Shown here: piece by piece, positions 1 through 8,986 of the stretch
How the letters are laid out: every line of letters starts with the position of its first letter
Position numbering within the stretch: position 1 is the stretch's first letter
From: Gammaproteobacteria bacterium
GTDB taxonomy: Bacteria; Pseudomonadota; Gammaproteobacteria; Eutrophobiales; Eutrophobiaceae
Reading direction: 5' to 3'
Length of the DNA stretch: 64,000 nt
NCBI GenBank assembly: GCA_963422205.2
Contig: CAXMWX010000012.1
Span: 1-64,000, forward strand
Translations under genes and position numbers: made by a program
Notes under the pieces: model-generated
The model's input: only the letters and a program-made list of their open reading frames with translations
What the model was told of the DNA's origin: nothing
The model's database searches: none

Positions 1-526
1 CTTTGGCATTGATCACGGTGCGTAGATATAAGCCCTGCTGCTCACGTGCCATTGCCGCACCAAAGAGGCGAGTCGCCCCATAGCCGGCCCCCACCACCCC
101 CAGCATCTTGCCGCGTAACTCCCTGAGGCGCCCAGCGGCGCCCTGCTTCCGGGTCAAACGTTTCTGTATGGTCTCAGTCTGCCGTAATTCTTTCTGTAGC
201 TTCTCGTGCTCACGCACCACCTGGCCTATCTGTATCCCATAGGACTTGGCTTCTGCCCTGGCTGCCCGGTAGCGCCGCTGTACCTCACCAATCCCTCGCT
301 CAAGCTGTTTGCTGGAACCGCCCAAGGCCACCTGCTTGGCCTTGAGTTCGCCCAGGAGCTTTTTGTACTTGATCACATCGCCGGTGGCTTTTAGCTTCTT
401 GTTGGTGACCGCCCATTGCTTGCCCAGACGAGCGGCGCGTTGCCCGGCGGTCTCAACACTGCGAAAGAACCCCTTGCCGAGAGCCGCACCGATGACTACA
501 CTGAAGCCTAGAGTGGTTTTATCCAT
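1..526 (-). CDS. Tail tape measure protein, N-terminal part (runs off the window)
   Basis: Manually translated open frame from ATG 526 (MDKTTLGFSVVIGAALGKGFF...), helical and K/R/A-rich, downstream of the tail chaperone. Confidence 0.8.
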   Translation of the reverse strand, partial: MDKTTLGFSVVIGAALGKGFFRSVETAGQRAARLGKQWAVTNKKLKATGDVIKYKKLLGELKAKQVALGGSSKQLERGIGEVQRRYRAARAEAKSYGIQIGQVVREHEKLQKELRQTETIQKRLTRKQGAAGRLRELRGKMLGVVGAGYGATRLFGAAMAREQQGLYLRTVINAK

Positions 527-560
527 GAGTGTGCTTGCGCCGGGAAATGAATATATTGCG

Positions 561-866
561 ATGAGTGACCACCTGACATCTTCTGATCGCCTTGATGATC
601 GTCTCTACAACTTTATTGGTGATTATGGCGCGCATGTTGTTTTCTATGGTCTGTGGTTGTTCTGGACAGTGGTCGCTGTGTTGATTAGCCCGACCCCGGC
701 ATCCATGCTGGAATGGGCAGAAATACTCTTTGCCAGTTTAATCATGACTCTTATCATATTGATTCCCGTGGCGTTCATCATTGGCTTGGTCGCGAACGCC
801 CTCTTTTACGTCTATTGGACGATTAGGGACGTGATTGACGAGATACGCTATCGTCAAGGCTCTTAA
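561..866 (+). CDS. Small two-TM membrane protein (moron) antisense to the tail operon
   Basis: MSDHLTSS...RQGS with two hydrophobic segments; the longer ORF call from 309 overlaps the tape measure gene. Confidence 0.6.
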   Translation: MSDHLTSSDRLDDRLYNFIGDYGAHVVFYGLWLFWTVVAVLISPTPASMLEWAEILFASLIMTLIILIPVAFIIGLVANALFYVYWTIRDVIDEIRYRQGS

Positions 867-981
867 GCCAAGCCAGCAATTCCTCCCCATCCATAGCCAG
901 TAACTCAGCGAGTGCCCAGCCCGTGTGTGAGGCCAGGGCCAACACCGCCCGTCTCACATCCGCGGGACTCAGGATAAAAAA
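823..981 (-). other. Programmed -1 frameshift site (T TTT TTA, 981-975) and gpE'-like extension frame
   Basis: Slippery heptamer just before the chaperone stop; -1 frame reads ILSPADVRRAVLALASHTGWALAELLAMDGEELLAWL..., stop at 823, as in P2 E/E'. Confidence 0.8.
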
Positions 982-1232
982 TCCTGGTAGGACTCCTGGA
1001 GTTGTGCATAATCGGCCATATCCAACTCCTCAATCACCGAGGGGGCGACTTCACACAGGTTGGCAAAGACACGGACTTCTTTCTCGGCATCACTGCCGGT
1101 GGCCTTATCCGCCGCCAGCATGTCCCGTACTTTGGGGCGGCGCAGGGCCAGTTGGGCAAGCACATCGCCATCCACCGTGACAGGGCGTTTCAGTGTGATG
1201 ATCTCTGCGGACGATGCGGCAGTCTGACTCAT
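969..1232 (-). CDS. Tail assembly chaperone (P2 gpE / Mu gp41-like)
   Basis: LRRPKVRD...ELDMADY motif; lies between tube and tape measure genes. Confidence 0.85.
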   Translation of the reverse strand: MSQTAASSAEIITLKRPVTVDGDVLAQLALRRPKVRDMLAADKATGSDAEKEVRVFANLCEVAPSVIEELDMADYAQLQESYQDFLS

Positions 1233-1426
1233 GAGTTAACCTCCTTAGTTTGTGTGGCTCTCTTGCCCGGCTTGGGAGCAGCAGGCTTGACCTGCTCCAA
1301 CACCCCACTGGTCAGCAGGAACACTGCCTGGCGGGGATATAGCTCCACTGTGGCTCCCGGTTCTACGGTGCCCAGTCCATGCAGATGCACGGGCTGCACG
1401 ACCTGGTAGGTTTGTTTATCGTTCAT
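1229..1426 (-). CDS. Hypothetical phage protein
   Basis: 65 aa, GAGGAGG RBS, overlaps the next start. Confidence 0.65.
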   Translation of the reverse strand: MNDKQTYQVVQPVHLHGLGTVEPGATVELYPRQAVFLLTSGVLEQVKPAAPKPGKRATQTKEVNS

Positions 1427-1437
1427 GGTGAACCTCC

Positions 1438-1947
1438 TCAGAGTCCCAAATGGGCACGGGTTTGTTTGAGTTGATCCTGCCCATCGATGAGGCGTACCAT
1501 GTTGGCCGGGTCAATCTCATAGATCACCTGGCCGGAATGGGTCAGCTTGTAGTAGCTGAGTGCCATCATCACTTTCAAGCTGCCCTTGTCCCCCGGCTTC
1601 CAACTGCCCATGTCCACCTCCCTTAGCATCCCTCTGAGGTTGATTTGAACAGGCCGCTCTGTACCATCCTCAGAGAACAGGCTGCCCTTAATCGTGAGTG
1701 GCTTGTGATTACCGGGGGCCAGGCCAAAGAGGGACAGGACATCCTTGTTATAGCCGTTTAAGGTAAAGATACATTCCAGCTTCTCCATGCCCATCTCCAC
1801 CTCAATGGGTGCATCCATACCCCCGGCACGGAACTCCTCGGTCTTCATGGTGAGCTTGGGCAGCTCTATTTCTTCCACCTGACCGGCATAGCCTCGTCCA
1901 TCCACGAACAGGGTCAGGTTCTTTAATACATCTTTTATCGTTGCCAT
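1438..1947 (-). CDS. Major tail tube protein (P2 FII-like)
   Basis: LPKLTMKTEEFRAGGMDAPIEVEMGMEKLE; YEID..NMVRLIDG. Confidence 0.95.
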   Translation of the reverse strand: MATIKDVLKNLTLFVDGRGYAGQVEEIELPKLTMKTEEFRAGGMDAPIEVEMGMEKLECIFTLNGYNKDVLSLFGLAPGNHKPLTIKGSLFSEDGTERPVQINLRGMLREVDMGSWKPGDKGSLKVMMALSYYKLTHSGQVIYEIDPANMVRLIDGQDQLKQTRAHLGL

Positions 1948-1971
1948 GTCATGGCCTCCTTAAGTTATCAG

Positions 1972-3159
1972 TTAGGCGGCGCTGGCCTGGGGCAAGAGCT
2001 CCACCAGGTAGCGGTTGGTGATATGAGTATAAAAACCGAGTTGCTCAAGGGGCGGCACGGGCGTGTAGTCATAGTCCAGCCACAGCTTGCCAGCTTCCAG
2101 GGTACTCTGGGTGTTTAACTCCGGGTCAAGATAACAGTTGGCACCCACGATATAGCCCTGGGCTTTGAGTTCCCGGAACTTCGCATTCACGCCTTCCATC
2201 AGGTCTTCAATCAGCGTCTGTGACATGGGCTTATCCACTGCCCATAGATGGGAGTCTGCGATGGTGTCAGCCAGGACATCACCTGTTCTAACGGCGCTTT
2301 CAAAGGCGAACTTGGGATCGATCGAGCAGGTACGGCTGCCCCAGAAGCGATGCCCCTGGTGCTGGATTAGGGTGGTGACTTCGTTGGCATTGAGGTAACC
2401 GGCCTTGGTGGATGGGTTCTGCACGTCCCAGTCGACATCGGCGGTCAAGCCAGAGACCCCGTTCACGGCGATATTGCTCAAGACCTTGTGCCAGCCGCTA
2501 TCGTTGTCGAGCTTGGCTCGTAACCCCAGGGCACGGGCAGAGGCTGGCTGGTTGAGATAACCCGCACTCGGCACATCAAAGACCTGAAAGCCTGGCCAGA
2601 GCAGCATCAAGCGTTTGTTACCAAACAGGTTGCGGTGGGTCACAGCGGCCTCGGCGGTAGACCCGGGTGCATCGGCATAAGCAAAGCCCTTGAGCTTCTC
2701 GGCAAGGCTGGCCAACTCCTCAGCGATGGCCTGGATATGACTGAACCCTGGGCAACCTAAAATGCGGGGTTTGAGCCCCAGGGTGCTCTGGGCGGCCAGC
2801 AGGACTTTCAGTCCCGTGAACTTGCCAGCGGCTGTGACCGTGCCAATGAGCTTGCTGGTCTGGGTGGCCGCCACGTCACTGGTCTCAACCCGCACCACCA
2901 CGATGAGCGGGGCGATCTGGTCAAAGATGGCATCCATGACGGCTGGCAGCGTCCCCTGGCCGTTGCCTGCGGTATCCAGCTTGGCGGCTTTCGCCCTGGA
3001 ACCGGCAATCAGGACGGGTGTGTCTAAGGGAAAGGTGGCCGCATCGGCATCGGGGGCGGTGCCCACCACGCCGATGATGCCGGTCTCTATGGTGCGGATA
3101 GGGCGGGTGCCATCGTCTTTTTCGATGACACGCACGCCGTGATGGTAATCAGTTGGCAT
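1972..3159 (-). CDS. Tail sheath protein (P2 FI-like)
   Basis: YHHGVRVIE start; GWHKVLSN; RFWGSRTCS; DYDYTPVPPLE. Confidence 0.95.
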   Translation of the reverse strand: MPTDYHHGVRVIEKDDGTRPIRTIETGIIGVVGTAPDADAATFPLDTPVLIAGSRAKAAKLDTAGNGQGTLPAVMDAIFDQIAPLIVVVRVETSDVAATQTSKLIGTVTAAGKFTGLKVLLAAQSTLGLKPRILGCPGFSHIQAIAEELASLAEKLKGFAYADAPGSTAEAAVTHRNLFGNKRLMLLWPGFQVFDVPSAGYLNQPASARALGLRAKLDNDSGWHKVLSNIAVNGVSGLTADVDWDVQNPSTKAGYLNANEVTTLIQHQGHRFWGSRTCSIDPKFAFESAVRTGDVLADTIADSHLWAVDKPMSQTLIEDLMEGVNAKFRELKAQGYIVGANCYLDPELNTQSTLEAGKLWLDYDYTPVPPLEQLGFYTHITNRYLVELLPQASAA

Positions 3160-3161
3160 CG

Positions 3162-3575
3162 TCAGTCTCCTGTGGTATCAGATGGGGTTGTGGGTGTGTG
3201 GTTGGCGAGTGCCTCGGCCACGGCGCTCGCCCTGCGTTCAATATCGCCCATCACCACTTCCAGTCCTTTGGTCTGATAGGGCAGTCTGACCTCGCCGGAT
3301 TCAACCCTGGCGAGAAAGGGACTGGCGAGGGTAGCAAAGGGGGCGGCGGCCTCCCTGACTTCGGCCAGCGTGGTGGCAGTGTGCAGGTGGCTGACCAACA
3401 TCGCAACGTGATACAGCAGTAGCTGTGTGGCATCGGCCGTGGTGCCGAGCAAGGACAAGGGATCGCCGGCTTCAGCTTTGATGTCTGCCCGCAGGCGTTT
3501 TTTATGGATGTGGGCGACCTCGGCTTCGGCCAGGGCCACCGCCTCATCGTGGGTCAGTGTGATCTCCTCAGTCAT
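3162..3575 (-). CDS. Hypothetical protein, possible tail fibre assembly protein
   Basis: Immediately after the tail fibre gene, same operon. Confidence 0.55.
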   Translation of the reverse strand: MTEEITLTHDEAVALAEAEVAHIHKKRLRADIKAEAGDPLSLLGTTADATQLLLYHVAMLVSHLHTATTLAEVREAAAPFATLASPFLARVESGEVRLPYQTKGLEVVMGDIERRASAVAEALANHTPTTPSDTTGD

Positions 3576-3578
3576 GGT

Positions 3579-4649
3579 CTAATCCTCGGTCGGCTCTTCC
3601 AGGGCGGTGAACGGTATGCGCTGCACATACCAGCGGGTGTTGTATTGCTCAGTCAGTACCGCTCTGGCGGTGGCACTGTTCTCATCGGCCAGGCGTATCA
3701 GGTTCAGCGGCCAGTTCGATGAGAAGCGGTAGCGCAGCCCGCCACCCCGCAGATAAATCCCGCTGTGGGTGTAGTTGGTATTGGCAGCGCCGTACAGCGC
3801 TACCCCGGTGGCATTGATTTTCTCTCGCCTGGCATAGCCCATATAGCGCAGGTGCGAGGCGGTTTTGTGGTATTGACGGAAGTATTTCAAGACCTTCATA
3901 TACTCAGCATCACCGCCCCAGGGCGCATCATTGCCCTCTAGTTGCAAAAGCAGGGACGCCACCCGATAGGGCTGGTCGTAGTCGTTGGGAAGCACGCCCT
4001 GGTTCCAGCCGTAATGGCGGCTGATCTCCAGTTTGCCTACGCCGAAGCGATTATCGGGAAACTGCCAGAACACCGGATACAGGTAATTGGTCGAGCCGGC
4101 GATGGTGATGGTCTGCACATGGCGTTTCTCGGTCGTACCCTCCAGGGTGGTCAGGCGCCCATCCTGCGCCTGCTGGCTGCGGTTATAGGTGCTAAGCGGC
4201 GCATACTCCCCGTGGGCATGGGCATTACCCAGATGCCGGGTCAGCGCATCGGCCTCGGCCTTGGTGGTGAGCTGGCTGACCACCCAGTCATAGAGCGAGC
4301 GCACAGCGCTGGCCAGGGCCAGCTTACTGGGGCTGGCATCGGTATAGCGGCTGGCGGTAGAGAGCCGGGACAGACTCAAGGTGCCACGGGTAATCTCACT
4401 GGCATTGTGGTTATGAGCGCTGGCCGCCTTGCCATTCAAGGCCGCTGGCAAACCAGAAACATCATCAATACCGATAGCATTCAGTTCAGATAGCAGTTGC
4501 TCCACCTGGGATTTCAGCCAGGCCGTGCGGTTGGCGAGTTGCTTGGCCTGGGTGTTACTGATGCCGTCCGGGCCGCCGACGACCGGGTCGGTGGTCTCCA
4601 GTTGGTAGATGCCGTCAGGGTAATTAGCCTGCTCTGTCAGGTTGGCCAT
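3579..4649 (-). CDS. Tail fibre protein
   Basis: MANLTE..YQLETTDPVVGGPDGISN.QAKQLANRT.WLK N-terminus typical of P2-like fibres; HNH repeat; beta-rich C-terminus. Confidence 0.9.
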   Translation of the reverse strand: MANLTEQANYPDGIYQLETTDPVVGGPDGISNTQAKQLANRTAWLKSQVEQLLSELNAIGIDDVSGLPAALNGKAASAHNHNASEITRGTLSLSRLSTASRYTDASPSKLALASAVRSLYDWVVSQLTTKAEADALTRHLGNAHAHGEYAPLSTYNRSQQAQDGRLTTLEGTTEKRHVQTITIAGSTNYLYPVFWQFPDNRFGVGKLEISRHYGWNQGVLPNDYDQPYRVASLLLQLEGNDAPWGGDAEYMKVLKYFRQYHKTASHLRYMGYARREKINATGVALYGAANTNYTHSGIYLRGGGLRYRFSSNWPLNLIRLADENSATARAVLTEQYNTRWYVQRIPFTALEEPTED

Positions 4650-4655
4650 GAGCGG

Positions 4656-4708
4656 ACAGTAGCGGACATTGGCGGATAAATGTATGCGTGAAATTTTTCA
4701 CGCAGTCA
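4656..4708 (-). promoter_or_regulatory. Late promoter: activator palindrome plus -10 (TACTGT) upstream of the tail fibre gene
   Basis: TGCGTGAAAAATTTCACGCA at 4685-4704; 26/28 match to 24350-24377. Confidence 0.75.
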
Positions 4709-4713
4709 TCGGC

Positions 4714-5280
4714 TTACACCACGCCGTGGGTGTAGGTGCCATCGTAGGCAATGGTGTGGTCATACAGATGCAGCGCCCGGGTAAAATGCAGACCGGCCAG
4801 ATGACAGCGGGCCGGAGCGGTGTGTGCCAACAGGGTGCGTACCTGGGCGGCCTGGGCAATGGTGATGGGGCGGGCGAAATAGACTCGGTACATTGCCCAG
4901 TGTCTGTCATCCTGGCCATAGAAATGACTGCCACTGCAGGTGATCGCCCCATCGTAACGCTCGGCATCCAGCCCCTCCAAGATATGCGCATCGCCATAGC
5001 CAGCGGCGTCCAGTACCCGGCGGATGCTGGCTACCGTGCCCTTGTGGGCATGGATAGCATAGCTGCTTGCCACACTCTGACGCTTCTGATCATCCGACCA
5101 GTCATCGTCCCACTCATCGACCGACAGCGCCCAGGCGAGCCAGGGCAGCAGGGCGTCAGGGCAGGTATCGGGGCGCCAGGTATCGCGTAGTGGCACCGGG
5201 ATGCCGTTGATGCTGACCTTGATGGCGGTATCAAGTGATTGCTCCAAGGTTGAAGCATTGGGAGGTAACAAACTACGCAT
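4714..5280 (-). CDS. Tail protein I (P2 gpI-like)
   Basis: SLLPPNAS..CP..LLPWLAWALSVDEWD..HKGT. Confidence 0.93.
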   Translation of the reverse strand: MRSLLPPNASTLEQSLDTAIKVSINGIPVPLRDTWRPDTCPDALLPWLAWALSVDEWDDDWSDDQKRQSVASSYAIHAHKGTVASIRRVLDAAGYGDAHILEGLDAERYDGAITCSGSHFYGQDDRHWAMYRVYFARPITIAQAAQVRTLLAHTAPARCHLAGLHFTRALHLYDHTIAYDGTYTHGVV

Positions 5281-6187
5281 CGCTGTCTCCAACTGTGATA
5301 CTTATCGCTGTACACCAGGCCGCCTGCTGTGACTGGACAGCAATATCGGCCGCAGGTGACTCAAGCATGACATTCTGCACCCCGGGCTGATGTAAGGCCG
5401 CATAGAGGCCAGACAGGGTAATAGCCTGCCCCAGCGCATGATGTTCGGCCACATACGCGGTCACCGCCTGGCTTGCCGCTGTTCGTACCACCTCGGCATC
5501 CGGGCCGGTAGCCAGGGTTAAAGTGGCGACAATCTCATAGTGGATAATCTCAGCGCCCTGTACGCTCACCCGATCGGTCAGGGGGCGTACTTCCTCATGA
5601 TTGAGGGCCAAGGTGACCCTATCCAGCAGGGCGCGGGCCGGCGTACCATCTGCTGCCTGTGACAGCACGGTCACCTGCACACGGCCCGGTGCCGGGCTTT
5701 GCACGTCAATGTCTTTGACCTTTGGATCAGCGCTCAATCCCCAGAACACATAGCTGCCCACTGGGCCGGCGGTGCTATGCCCTTCCAGGGACAACTGCAC
5801 CCGCTGACGCAAGCGCTCATCAGTCTCATAGGTCGGTGGTAGGGGTGGACGGGCATCCGGGTTGCCTGCGTCCACTACTTGCCGGGCCACACCAAACAGG
5901 GCGGCCAGGTTGTCCAGGTCGGCACCTGTTGCATAAGCCAACATCACCCCATGTGCCGCATCATTGACCCGTTGCCGCAGATGCAGCACGGTATAGGCAG
6001 CGGATTCCAGCAGCTTGACCAGAGGTTCAGATTCCAGGTCCAGCACAGCGGCCTGTGCTGGTGCCCGGCGGGCAAAGTCATCCTTGATGGCTTGCAGCAA
6101 GCGCTCATAGTCCAGGGTCTCGACCACCTGGGGTGCGGGCAGACGAGATAAGTCAATGGCGGTAAAGCCCCCCTGACGATTTGTCAT
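5273..6187 (-). CDS. Baseplate J protein
   Basis: IDLSRLPAPQVVETLDYE; STAGP..Y; VRPLTDRV. Confidence 0.95.
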   Translation of the reverse strand: MTNRQGGFTAIDLSRLPAPQVVETLDYERLLQAIKDDFARRAPAQAAVLDLESEPLVKLLESAAYTVLHLRQRVNDAAHGVMLAYATGADLDNLAALFGVARQVVDAGNPDARPPLPPTYETDERLRQRVQLSLEGHSTAGPVGSYVFWGLSADPKVKDIDVQSPAPGRVQVTVLSQAADGTPARALLDRVTLALNHEEVRPLTDRVSVQGAEIIHYEIVATLTLATGPDAEVVRTAASQAVTAYVAEHHALGQAITLSGLYAALHQPGVQNVMLESPAADIAVQSQQAAWCTAISITVGDSDA

Positions 6188-6525
6188 AGGACAATGCCCT
6201 CCAGGGTGACTTCCCGGCCCTCAGGCAGGTACTCGCCGGTCAGAGTGAGTTGCATCTTCCCCGCCGCATTCACACCACGGCTGGTGACCTGGGTTAAGCG
6301 AAAGCGTGGCTCCCATCTTGCCAGCGCCTCAGCAGTAGCGGCATAGAGATCAATCAGCGTGGCCGGGGTCACTGGCGCATCAATGAGTTCAAACAAGCGT
6401 GACCCGTATTCACGGCGCATCACCCGGCTGCCCACTGGGGTGGTGAGGATGTCGGTGATGGATTGCTTCAAGTGTGCAAGACCGTCCAGGCGTTTACCAG
6501 TGCCCCCGTGCATACCCGTCATCAC
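6184..6525 (-). CDS. Baseplate W / gp25-like protein
   Basis: HLKQSITDILTTPVGSRVMRREYGS; WEPR. Confidence 0.95.
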   Translation of the reverse strand: MMTGMHGGTGKRLDGLAHLKQSITDILTTPVGSRVMRREYGSRLFELIDAPVTPATLIDLYAATAEALARWEPRFRLTQVTSRGVNAAGKMQLTLTGEYLPEGREVTLEGIVL

Positions 6526-7061
6526 GAGGGTTCTCCCGTATTCGCCGCCCCCGGCTTGACGCCACTGTGGGTATGCTGCTGGGCCGAGATACCATCGGAG
6601 GTGATGTCCCCGCCCGTCTGGGTAACCGGCCCGGTGATGGTGTGTCCGGCGGCATTCAAGGTCAGCGTGCCAGCCACATCCATAGTCAAATTGCCCTGAC
6701 AGGTGATGTTCATAGCGCCGCTGACCACGTTGTGACTTAACACGGCGCCGTTGGTAAATGCAATCAGGTCGCTATCCGGATCGGCAGATGGGGCATCCAG
6801 GGCTTGCGTGTAGAGCATACCGACAATCACCGCTTGCGCCAGATCGCCCGAAGGGCTGGCCAGGATGACTTGCTGGCCAACTGCTAAGGGCCGCCAGCGG
6901 CGATAGTTCCGTCCCATCTCGGCTGGCCAGGGCAGCCAGCCAGTGACGGTCTTGCTGCGTACCTTCAGGCGCTTGGCCTCATGGTCAACCTGCTCAATCC
7001 GCCCTAAGCAGATGAGATCGGCCAGCAACCGGTCGTGCTCGGTCTGGGTGAAGTCATCCAT
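6522..7061 (-). CDS. Baseplate spike V protein
   Basis: TGWLPW, GQQV..SPSGDL, C-terminal HTHSGV. Confidence 0.93.
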   Translation of the reverse strand: MDDFTQTEHDRLLADLICLGRIEQVDHEAKRLKVRSKTVTGWLPWPAEMGRNYRRWRPLAVGQQVILASPSGDLAQAVIVGMLYTQALDAPSADPDSDLIAFTNGAVLSHNVVSGAMNITCQGNLTMDVAGTLTLNAAGHTITGPVTQTGGDITSDGISAQQHTHSGVKPGAANTGEPS

Positions 7062-7633
7062 CAGATGGCTTCGGCTCCCAGTGGTTTATAGTTGTTCTTA
7101 TGGGCAAGCCCTACCTCCGGCGCCAGGCCCAGACTGACCGCATCGGGGAAACTGGCAAACTCGGTCAGGGAGGCATCGGCGGTCAAACAGATAGGCAACT
7201 CAAAACTCAAGCCCCAGAGTGACACGCCCTGGGACTGTAGGCCAGCACTGAAGAGGTTTTGAACACGTTTTAAGGCGAGCATACCCTGGCCGGGGATGAC
7301 TAACTGATGCAGGTGTGGTGCCAAGATAGCGATCATCTCATAAGCGCCCATCTGCCGGGCATCCCCGCGCCGTTGCGCGGCCTGACCGCTGGCATGGGCA
7401 GTCAACAGATACAGCCCCCAACTGCTGGCAAGCTGTACGCCCCCATCAACTGGCTCGGTGCGCCCGCCTAAGAATGACCAGTAGGCACCGGGGCTACCCG
7501 CCATCAATCTTTTGAGCAAGGCCGCATCCAGTTCGCCCGGCAGAGACATCACCTGCCGGTACTTGCGCTCCCCGCCCACCGTCAAAGCGGCTTTGGTCTC
7601 GGCAATCAGCTTATCTTCTATGGTGGCAATCAT
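7061..7633 (-). CDS. Mu gp37-like (DUF1834) tail terminator/completion protein
   Basis: MIATIED start, RRG..GAY motif, position. Confidence 0.7.
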   Translation of the reverse strand: MIATIEDKLIAETKAALTVGGERKYRQVMSLPGELDAALLKRLMAGSPGAYWSFLGGRTEPVDGGVQLASSWGLYLLTAHASGQAAQRRGDARQMGAYEMIAILAPHLHQLVIPGQGMLALKRVQNLFSAGLQSQGVSLWGLSFELPICLTADASLTEFASFPDAVSLGLAPEVGLAHKNNYKPLGAEAI

Positions 7634-8088
7634 GGTCTTGCCGCCTGATTGAGATGCCGTTGCACAGCATTGAAGACAATGGCGTCAATCTCTTGGGCGT
7701 CATCATCATCGATGCCCAGCACCGGTCGGGCCGGTAAGGTCACCGCATGATGGCGTCCGGCCTCGCCACCGAAATGATGTATGGCCGCATAGACAGCATC
7801 CGAGCCGACCTCCACGCCCGACCCATCAGCGAACACCTTATAGGTATAGCTATCTCGGAGATGACCCCTGTCAATCAAGGTCTTGCCGCCATCCTTTTGC
7901 GCTCGTTTGGATGGCTTGAGCGGCTTGCCCTTGACATCTACCTGTTGCTCCAGGCGATGGCTGACCTGATCGGCCAGGTAACGCCCAATCGCATCAAACA
8001 CCCCTTGCATATCTATGTTTTGCAGGTTGGCCAGACCCGCCTTAAAGGCAGCATCATCAATATTGATGTTCAGCTGAACACCGGCCAC
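7630..8088 (-). CDS. Virion morphogenesis protein (Mu gpG / P2 gpS-like)
   Basis: YAAIHHFGGEAGR...LPARPVLG. Confidence 0.9.
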   Translation of the reverse strand: MAGVQLNINIDDAAFKAGLANLQNIDMQGVFDAIGRYLADQVSHRLEQQVDVKGKPLKPSKRAQKDGGKTLIDRGHLRDSYTYKVFADGSGVEVGSDAVYAAIHHFGGEAGRHHAVTLPARPVLGIDDDDAQEIDAIVFNAVQRHLNQAARP

Positions 8089-8532
8089 CTAATAACTCGC
8101 CCAATCAAAATTGCCTGATGTTCCCTGCGCTGTGCGTATCCGCCTGGCAGCCGGAGCCACCTCGGTATCACCAACTCCCAGGCTCGCCTTACCACCCTGC
8201 GCCGCCTTCAGCCAGCCAATGGCATGGGTATAACGCTTCTCACTCTCCTCGGCCGCCACATCATCCTGTAACAGATAAATGACGATATCCCCAGCGATAC
8301 GCGGCAAGGGACTGGCAGCAATCACAGCCTGATCTAATGGCAGGGGATAACGAGGGGAAAGGTACGAGTCGATCAGCTTGCCAGCATCAGCAATGGCCGC
8401 CGCCAGCACCGCCGCATCAAGGCGACCAGTACCCTGCGAATCGCAGAGTTGCACCAGCTTGTCCTCACCATAGCGGGTGATCAGTTGTGCTTGCGTGATA
8501 TAGGCCACAGGCTCAAACTCTGGCCTGTTCAT
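8089..8532 (-). CDS. Mu gp36-like (DUF1320) head-tail adaptor
   Basis: YIT..LITRYGE..AIADA..IDSYL..RYPLPL. Confidence 0.88.
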   Translation of the reverse strand: MNRPEFEPVAYITQAQLITRYGEDKLVQLCDSQGTGRLDAAVLAAAIADAGKLIDSYLSPRYPLPLDQAVIAASPLPRIAGDIVIYLLQDDVAAEESEKRYTHAIGWLKAAQGGKASLGVGDTEVAPAARRIRTAQGTSGNFDWASY

Positions 8533-8890
8533 TCAACGCCCGCCAGGCGCTGTTGCGCTCCTTCGCACTGATGTCAAAGCTCAAGCGCTGCTCCAGCGCC
8601 TTGACTTCCGGCATCCCGTCCTTGCGCCAGCAGTCATCACGCTGCTTGTCCGGATCATCGGCCAGTAAGGTCTGCATGACCTCCATGATGGTCTGCTCAA
8701 GGGCAGCGGCATCAGCCGGGCGATGTGCTGTATCCTCAGTCTGCTCGGCATCACCACCCACCCGTGAGATGGCCAGGCAAGCGAGTAGCGCCTGGGTGTT
8801 ATTATCTGCCGGGTCAAGTGCAAGGTGCTGCCCCGCCTCAACGTCCACGCCCTTAATCGGCGTGTTCACCATGTAGTGTTGTTTACTCAT
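8513..8890 (-). CDS. Hypothetical phage head-associated protein
   Basis: DG.PEVKAL..ISAKERN.AW motif; position after the capsid gene. Confidence 0.6.
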   Translation of the reverse strand: MSKQHYMVNTPIKGVDVEAGQHLALDPADNNTQALLACLAISRVGGDAEQTEDTAHRPADAAALEQTIMEVMQTLLADDPDKQRDDCWRKDGMPEVKALEQRLSFDISAKERNSAWRALNEQARV

Positions 8891-8905
8891 CTGTCATCCG
8901 ACCTC

Positions 8906-8979
8906 TGGTAGCGGGAGCAAGAATCGAACTTGCATCTCCAGGGTATGAACCTGACGTGGCGCCATTCCACTATCCCGCA
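8906..8979 (-). tRNA. tRNA-Met(CAU), initiator-like, with encoded CCA
   Basis: Full 74-nt cloverleaf: TGCGGGA TA GTGG AATGGCG CCAC G TCAGG TTCATAC CCTGG AGAT GCAAG TTCGATT CTTGC TCCCGCT A CCA. Confidence 0.88.
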
Positions 8980-8986
8980 ATCATCA

